Source of the DNA: Strigamia acuminata | Lineage: Eukaryota | Direction: 5' to 3' | Assembly: GCA_949358305.1 (NCBI GenBank) | Contig: OX442314.1 | Span: forward strand, 20,398,001-20,462,000 | Length of the DNA stretch: 64,000 nucleotides | Shown here: piece after piece, positions 35,401-44,400 of the stretch | Numbering within the stretch: the stretch's first letter is position 1 | Layout: the number at the start of each line of letters is the position of its first letter | Position numbers and translations under genes: made by a program | The notes under the pieces: generated by a model | Told to the model about the DNA's origin: nothing | Seen by the model: the letters and a program-made list of their open reading frames with translations, nothing else | Databases searched by the model: none

Positions 35401-38400
35401 AATTTTTTTCTTGAAAACTCACTAAAATGATAAAATCTAAAAAAAAAAAATATTTAATTATATAATTTTAATTAGTTGTTACGCTACGGTGCCAATCTTT
35501 GTGTAAGTACGTATTTATGCAGTTACAAAGGATTTTCAACCTATTAAACACAATGGCAAATGATTACGAATGGTCGGGTCAGCACATTTACGCAGCTATT
35601 TTGAAAATAAATCCTCCCATACTAAAACAAAATAAAAAAAACAAGTGTATACAATGCCAAAACTAACCAAAAAAAAAAAAAACATTTTTGGATACCAAAA
35701 TGACATTTCTCGTTACAACAAAAAATCTGCTCGTTTTAAAGCGGATTTAATGAGACTTAATTCAGTTGAGATAACCACATGTTCAAATATTTGTCACGTA
35801 ACAACTCAATCAATGCCATCATCTTATGTATCTTATTTCTGCAGCTAAACTCTAGTAAATTAAACTTTGAAATAAAATCCTCCAATTCTCATACAAATAC
35901 ATTCCTCACCCGTTGTAATAGAAAACAAACATTAGATGAAAACATAACGTCAAATAAAAGGGAATTTTTGGGCATTTTGCCTTCTCTTAGATTCAAGCTC
36001 ACTTTGTCGGATCAATAATTCTGCTGATGACGCTACGTGCCAAACAAACCCTTCCCAAATTTTCATCTACCAATTAATCGATACAATACAACAATCGAAT
36101 ACAATTTTTTTCAGAAATAAATTCAATTTGCCCTTCCAATCGTCACAAAACCATTTTTCAAAACGCAGTACCTTTGTTTCCACTCCCCGCCGTTAATTTA
36201 TTCGAATATCCTCAATTATTACGTCATCATCACACCACACAGTGCAAAATTGATTGACAAAATCACGAAAAACGGCATCGTGACATTATTTCCATTTTTG
36301 GGTCACAAATCGATGCAATTTTAATGATCAGTTGTAACTGTAACCTTCACATTTTCGAGTTCCCCTTTATTCCCTCCTTCCCACCGTTTTCAGTTTAGTT
36401 CCGACTCGTTTAAAGTAGAGACGCCATTTCAAAATTAAAAATCAATACTGCACCTAAATTTAAATTTAGCCATTTTGCAAAATCTACAAAAGGGTTTATT
36501 TTTAGACCCAGGTCTACAAAAAGAGTTTTTTCAACCCGATATTTGATACAAAATTAATTTCTATTTTATAATTGAATTTTAATTGCTTTTGGCGCGGTAC
36601 AATTGGATGTACAATTTTTACGAGATACTTTTAATTTGCTTGCTATTTGTCAACAAGAAAAATAAAAAACGAAAATAAAAATAATCTTTGTTTATCAAAA
36701 TAAATATTTAAAAAAAAAAAAATCTACGTTGAGGGCCCTTCTTATGAATATCAGCCTAGGGCCCCAGAAATTCACCATCTATCCTTTCAAGCAAACCAGA
36801 CTTTCTTTTATTACATAGATGGGAAAATGGTTCTCAGAATAAAAGTATTCTCTGAAAGAAATTCAAGACTCGTAATCCATAATGCAGGAATCATACATTT
36901 TTGATGGACAAAAATGTGGATCTTGCAAAATTTCAATCATAAATTAAGTTCAATGGGATTTTTAATAATACAGTTTGCTGCTTCTAGCAAATTTCAAGCA
37001 TTTGTCATCGTAATTGCTCCTAAACAATAGGACAAATGGCATGTTTGCGAATTTGAAAGGTTTTGTTTGATTGGGGAACATACGACCGATTTCTACCGGT
37101 TTTTAGAGTCATATTTGACGTCACTTCGTAGCAAATGAGTGCACAATATTCAGCTGCAGAAATAGAATTTATTCCTACACTTTCAGCCACAGAAAACATG
37201 CAAAGAGGTCCCACCTCCGTGACACGGTGACACAGCGATGCATGTCATCCATTTTGAATATCCCATAATCCAGTTTGCACAATAGCATTATGGGATATAT
37301 TTTGTTCGCCTTTTCTGCAGTGTGAAACAACAGCTGAAAATGAACTTTTCAGTTTTCAGCCATAGTCTCGGTGGGACCTCCATTTGCGATGATGTCGACC
37401 TAATGAAGATCGACATAAAATGTAAACTCGTAAGCACGCTTACCCAAAGCTTTACTTCCGGTAAAAAATGGTGAAGTGATTTCTCCTTTCACAAATTGAG
37501 TGAACTCCGAAAAGGAGATTTTTACACACTCCTTAAGCACTTTTACTACCTTCATCATCATTTAAATAAAAACCGACACAAAAATCATTTATGCTCATAA
37601 ACAAAACAAACATCGTGACAAGTTTAGTGTTAAAGAACGAGTTACTTCATTTCCCATGATATGTTTTGATGCAAATAAATTTCTGTCCCCACATGTTTTC
37701 ATGCCACATAGAATGAGCTAATTTATTCCGGTACAACATTATAATCATCTTTTTTTAATGAACCAAGCTAAACCAATCTTCAGATTTTCAATTTAATTTT
37801 TTTCCCACTGCTTTAGAAATATATATTTTTAAAATGTATAACATCAACAAATAAATGATGTTATTTATGGCTTTTTCAAGATAATTCAGTACTTTTAAAG
37901 AAAGTTCCGCCAGGGGGTGCGCCCTAATACGGGCATCCTGTCTCTGGCTAACCAGTCCAACTTTTACTGACCACAGGTCAGCACGTAAATTTTAACAATC
38001 CCAAAAAGTCAAGATATTTTCTTAAATTTATTTGGAAATTTGATCGCTTTCTTGTTGTTTGGTATTTCAAGATCATGGCTCAAGCTTCTATAGGCAAAAA
38101 AAGTTGCAAGAGCCAACTGTCCAGTAAAAAGTCAAAATCGGCACCACGTAGTAACGCCACCATGACACGTCCAGAGCATGTTCCAGAAGCTAAAGATTCT
38201 TTTCAAGACACCAATGAAGACGCTGATTTGATAGTTACCGGAACTTTCTTTAAAAATACTGAATTATTTTGGATATGCCATAAATAACATCATTTATTTG
38301 TTATTCATACAATTTATATTTTACGTCATATCTTCATAAAATTTGCAATTTTTGACACAACATTCATTCTGAACTGAATTTTTGACTCGTTTTGATTGAT

Positions 38401-41400
38401 TGGATATTTTTATTTAAAAAAACCTCTTTAATTTTAGGTATACCACATAAAATCTTTATTATCTGCACAAATTATTCCCAATGTATTTTAATTAAATAAC
38501 CAAACCTAAGCCAAAATTGAAATTAATTCCACCCTAAAACAATATATTTGAATATTTAAGCACAAAATTTAAACCCCTTTTAAATATTTAAACACTCAAT
38601 CTGACAACAAAGTGCTCTACCAAAATCATTAAAAGTAAGTTTTAATTCATTTTTCTCCAGCTAATCAATTTTGCATGATTGCAATATAGCTACTACCGGT
38701 AATTTTACTTTTTTTTCACTTCTTCCTTTCACCCTAAAAATGATTTAGGTGAACAAACCCAGCAATTGGATCTAAAAATCAATAAGTATTTTTTCCAACC
38801 AGCAATAATATTTACTTTAGAGGCGCATTCAATTCGTAAATACGTCACAGTGACTTATGAACGAACGCACCGTTTGACACCAGTCAGAAAAAAAACCAAG
38901 TTTTGATAACTTTAAGCAATCTCCAAAATGGCTGCCCATCTTACGCATAATGCATAAGTCATTTCTAAAAAGCAGATAAAGAAGTCAACACAGCTGCCTT
39001 ATGTTAAGGTGGTTTCTGAAGCATGACTTTCATAAACCATGACGTAATTTCCGTCACTTCTGCATTCTTCATGAATAGCTAATCACTTAGGTTACCTCTA
39101 GCTCACTTGTCAGGTGTGACTGTGTGAGCCAAACTAGAGGAAGATAAGTCACTTATCCTCTAAGATTTCAATTTTCCCCTTGTCAAATCAACTGAAAATC
39201 TCTATTTTCTAGCTCCTTATATTTTATTGAAGCAAAAAATGAACTATAATTATTCAGCCGATAAACAAAGTATTTCATCGATTTCCTACCAAAATGATGG
39301 AATTCTAGCATGAAACTGATACTGCAGCAACCAGATCTAACAAACCGAGCAATTCTTTGTCACAAATACACGCCATTAGCTCAACTCTTAAACAAATACC
39401 CAGCTAGTATTCCTCGTGTGAGTTCTCGTGACAACTCTCTAATTAGGGTAATCTTCACTGTTCCAACCCCTATTCTTGCTGCTAATGTCGCTTGTCCCAA
39501 AGGAAGTTAATGAAAGACTTTATTTGTACATTAAACCAATTATTACAAATCTTGTGCAATTCTAATTACAATTCTGACATTTGCCATTTGTTAATATATT
39601 TATTAACATTTTTGTTTTATCAGATATTTTGTAGAAATAACCGCACAAAATTATATTTACTATTATTAAAATCGGACAATATTTAATTTAATTTAAATAG
39701 ATAAATATTTCATCTAAATTAAATACAAAACAGTGTCTTAACATGCAAGCATAGCCTTGAAGATGACAGCCTGCAATTACACTTCACACAATACAACATA
39801 TTGCGTGTTAAACTGACAAAACAACAGTCCACGCAAACCAGCGGTTTACACATTCGTTCCAGCCAATTCAATCCAATATTTCGGATTGAAGTATCTCGCA
39901 CAAGCAGAAAATTACCCGTTACTGTAGAACAATACTGCCCAACCGTGGGTACAAAACTAATATTAATTAGTACCCTTTGATCCGTTGCTTAACTACACTA
40001 AATATTAATCTATAGGCCAAAGAAAAAACCTTTCACCTCCAGTGCGCTGAAATTCAATTCAATGCAGCTGGTATTCAATCAAACGTACAGAATAATCTGA
40101 TTAAATTGTTTATTTAAATTGAAACAAATCAATCTAATCAAATTGGCTTAATTTTCAGCATGTTGATTTAAAGTATACAGTATAAACTGTGTGGTCCGGA
40201 CACAAGCCAGGCCTCTAAAAATAAGTATGGTCCACCAACAGTCCAACCGGGCAAAAACGAGCTCTATTGTTCGAAGAAAGTTTGGTTGGTAGTGAGTGGG
40301 CCCCAGCAGTTCTGTCTGAAATAGACCGCCGTCTGGATGTCCGGACCACACCGTGTGAGTAAATAACAATACTAGATCACGATAAACCGCCTGAAAAGTT
40401 GGAAATTAAACAAAATCAGTAAGTGCCTTCTAAAACACCCGTGTTAAGCACAAATTTCTTAAACTACCGTGAAGTTTTGTAACAAGAAATGGACTAAAAT
40501 GCACAGTTTTTCTCAAATTAAAACCGCGCACTTGCAAAGCAAAAATTAGAGTCCGCTTCTAATTTGAGGGCACTTTTCAAATCAATAAAATTTTGAAATT
40601 ATAACTTAAAAAAAATACTATAAAATGTTAATTTTGAAATAATTTTCGACTTATTTCAAGAAAAAACTTCAGAATAACATTGAAATCGTTACGCATGTGT
40701 AACGTTCAAATTGCAACGCTACACAACGCAATACTAAAGCTCCCGAATTTGAAGCCCATGCGCTTCAATTTCGGGGGAACTTCTATTGCTTCAAACATCC
40801 ATTAAGGGTGCGCTTCTAATCTGAGGAACACAATAACTAGGGCCAGATTTCCAATTAAGCACTTTAGGCACAGTGCCTAGACCCTAGGAAATTTTCATCA
40901 CCCACAAAATATTATGACAGGAAAATAATCCAACTAAAACTTCAAGAAAAAAAATTCTACAATGTCTTGGCTACTTAAATCATTTTGTGCTTTTGGCTTA
41001 CGAACACCAAAATACGGCCCTGCGCTTAACATGGGAGTTTTGGAATGGCGCTTGTACGTATCTTGATGCCAAATTCAAACAAGAAATTCTATTTTTTGCA
41101 CACAAAAACACAAAAGTATAAAATCATTTATTGCCCACAATTGAACACTGCCATTAACTATTATTATTTCTAAAAATCGTACATTTGTTGTTTTTGTATG
41201 TGCGCGCAGATAGAGATCTTTCCGTTTGATTTTCCCATCAAGATACCAGTGCCAAACTAAAAAATAGTGAATAGGCCTACAATTAGGTCGGTGCTTTTAC
41301 TTTTGAAGACAACTTCAAATTAACACTTTCATTACTTTATCATCATAAAGCAATGAAAGTTGCAATGTTTCATGATTAGTGATTAAGTAATGCATACTTA

Positions 41401-44400
41401 TCTTAATCACAACAAAAACTGCATCAAAAAGGGCTTGAAAGTCTATAAAGTCGACTTTGTTTTCAAAAATAAATGCACCTAATCTTACTTTTAATGAAAA
41501 AGAATTTCTAAGATCAAAAATACAAATATTAAAGGGATTTAACGAGATTTGCATGTCACAATTCCAATTTGATCCCAAAAGGCTGTATTGTATATTCGCT
41601 ACAGTAAAAAAAAAGAAAAAAGAAGCATTCTCAGGCTCGCCGATACGCTGACGTGCGGTTTAGAGATACGAGCCATTTGGTTTAACGTTCAGCATTTTCA
41701 GAATCCAAGAACCTTAAGAATTACAATTTCACTCGGTAAACAATTCAACAAAAGCAACGACCTCCAGAGGTATCCTATTATACACTGTCAGGAAGATTTT
41801 AAAATTATGCTTTGTGGAAATCTAATTAACATAAATAAATTTCTCAATAAATTGTTTTTTCTCCAGAAAAACAATAATCTAATATTCAAATTTTTAATTT
41901 AATTCCAAATTTCTCTTCAACCAGAAAACATAAATTATTACATCACGGCTGCCTTTGTGTGCAGCAAATGAATTTCTAATCTATTCATCGATTTAACGGG
42001 CTTTAGACGGTCTAGTCTGGCATAGACCGACTGTTATAAAGCAGTAAATAAATGTTGTTGCTTACAACTTGCTTCAAAAGCAACTGCGCTCAAAACCGAT
42101 CGATTTTTAAATCTATCCGCCAGTATGGCAAAAATGTCATTCCAACCTAAAACCCCCAAAAAATGAAAGGGCTCGGTAGAATCATTGATGTATATGGCAC
42201 GACTGAAGCGCCATATGTGTAAACCTAATTTACCAATATTGGCTTTTTATTGCTTAGTTGAATGTCAGTTGATTGGATTAAAGTCATTCATAATTTCGGA
42301 CGAAAATCGAAAATTATCAAATATATACGCGAATAAATAAGAAATTCAAGCTGTGCTCGAAATTATCAATATCAATCTCCTTTCTGATTCATTTCCTATG
42401 ACAAAATTGTATCCGCACAAATCTGCTATTGAAACATGTTCCTGCAGGGGTGCTTATCACACAGTTCCATTGGTAAAATACTCGTATAAATGATGCTACC
42501 CCCAACCGAGCCTATTTTGTCCACACTGATATATCCCTTTATCATTTCATGGCCTAACTCTGACATGTTTTAGTCCTAACAACAAATTAAAGTATCAAAA
42601 CCAATACTTTTCATAATTTAAAAATTCAACACATTCAATCCACGTAAGGCAACAGTGAGAAAACATTCCCAAGTTGTGGTTCAATCGCCACAAGATAGAA
42701 AACAAGAAATTCATCTTTTGAGTATCCAGATTGCACGCACCTACAGTCTTCACCCGGTATCCTAATGCCAAAATCAAACTGAAAAATTCCTGTCTGCGCA
42801 CCCATACACGAAGGGGGGTACCCAAAAACCGGAATTCTCTTCCGGAGGGCAGGCCCCTTTTAGATCACGCTTCTCTCACTAAATGAGTGTTCTAAGACCC
42901 TATCTGCAACAGTGAATTTTTTTTGGAGACTATGCCAAAGCGTTTGGCTATTTTGCAACGATTCATTTACATGAACAATGTGCGGCAGTGAAATTTTTTC
43001 TAATTTTTCTAACACAGCCTTATAAGAACTACCAGCAGTTGTTAGAAGCTGATATGCAGATGCAGAACCTAGATCAGTTGTTATGAGAGATTGCACTAGG
43101 ATAGAAAACTTCACCGCCGCACATTGCTCATGTAAATCACTCATTACAAAATAACCAAAAAAAATTCACTGAAGCCGAACGGAGCGTCGCACAACAACTC
43201 CAGCTGGTGCACCAATGCAGATAGGTTCCTAGAACACTCACTTGGCGGGGGAAGCTTATACTAAAAAGGGCCCACCCTCCGGAAGAGGATTCCAGTTTTT
43301 TTTCGGTCCCCCTTCGTACATGACTCTTATAAACAATAACTATTCACTGTGTACAATACAATGTCAGACTTTTGTGTATACATGTGCAAAAAATGGAATT
43401 TAGACTTTGAATTTGGAATCAAGATACCGGGCGCACTCGGCGCAAACTGTAGTACGTAGTGCACGATGTCGAGGTGTGCAAACCTTGCACATCTCCACAT
43501 CGGCAGCCAAAACCAACAAAGAACCCGATTTGATTACCATGCTTAGAGGTGAATTCTTCGCGAAATCCTCCCATCCAGTCACCCAGACTTAAAACCTTTA
43601 CCTCGTTAGATTCGTCAAACCAAAACAAATCTAATTTTAATATAAGTGGTTATATTACAAATCGTAATTGTCTACTACGAAGATGGAATGCGTCGCCGAT
43701 TTAAGGTACGAGCTCCGTCCTTTCCGTAGAATGTAATCCCAAAATTCATTGGAAGAATTCTGTACACCAAACAAAATTTTGCTTAAAATTCTAACGAATA
43801 ATACTCAATAGTTTGTCCGATTTGGCCAAATGGCTACGAGTCGTCCACCCTCTGTATTATTCAGCGCTTTTGTGGCAATCAGACAACAAAATCTCGTTTC
43901 GAATCGATATAATTCCATCAATATTAGATAATAAAGCACTACAAAATTATAATTTCATTACCACTTGCCCAAACCTTGTTTCTAAACACATTAATCCTTT
44001 GTTTTCTTAACACTTTCTAAAACAGTCTAGACGCTACGCTACCATCTTGTTTTCACCTAAACCAATGGCACACCCAATTCCCCACAGTATACTAATTTTA
44101 AATCATGCAGTAATTGACATTAACCTTCTTCACGTACCAAGTTTTTTTTCAATTTGTAATCAATTCTTCCCACAAAATTAAAACATTGGTACTAGACAAG
44201 GCAAATCAATACAAGTTGTAACAGCTAGCAGCAGACTGCGCATTGAAATCTAAAAATTTAAAAAATAAACAATTGTAAATATCATTTCTAATTACAGTAT
44301 GGTATGTCAACAATTTTCTTTATTTCCTTCAAAATAAAATAAAATTAACCAGCATACGTTTAAATTAAAAATAATATTCGGTCCGCGAAGCAACAGAATG

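Noticed and set aside
43400..43628. Three overlapping short ORFs as extra ADAR1 exons or a nested gene
   Set aside because: No domain features and not needed for the phase-consistent ADAR1 model; the region is a nested hairpin block.
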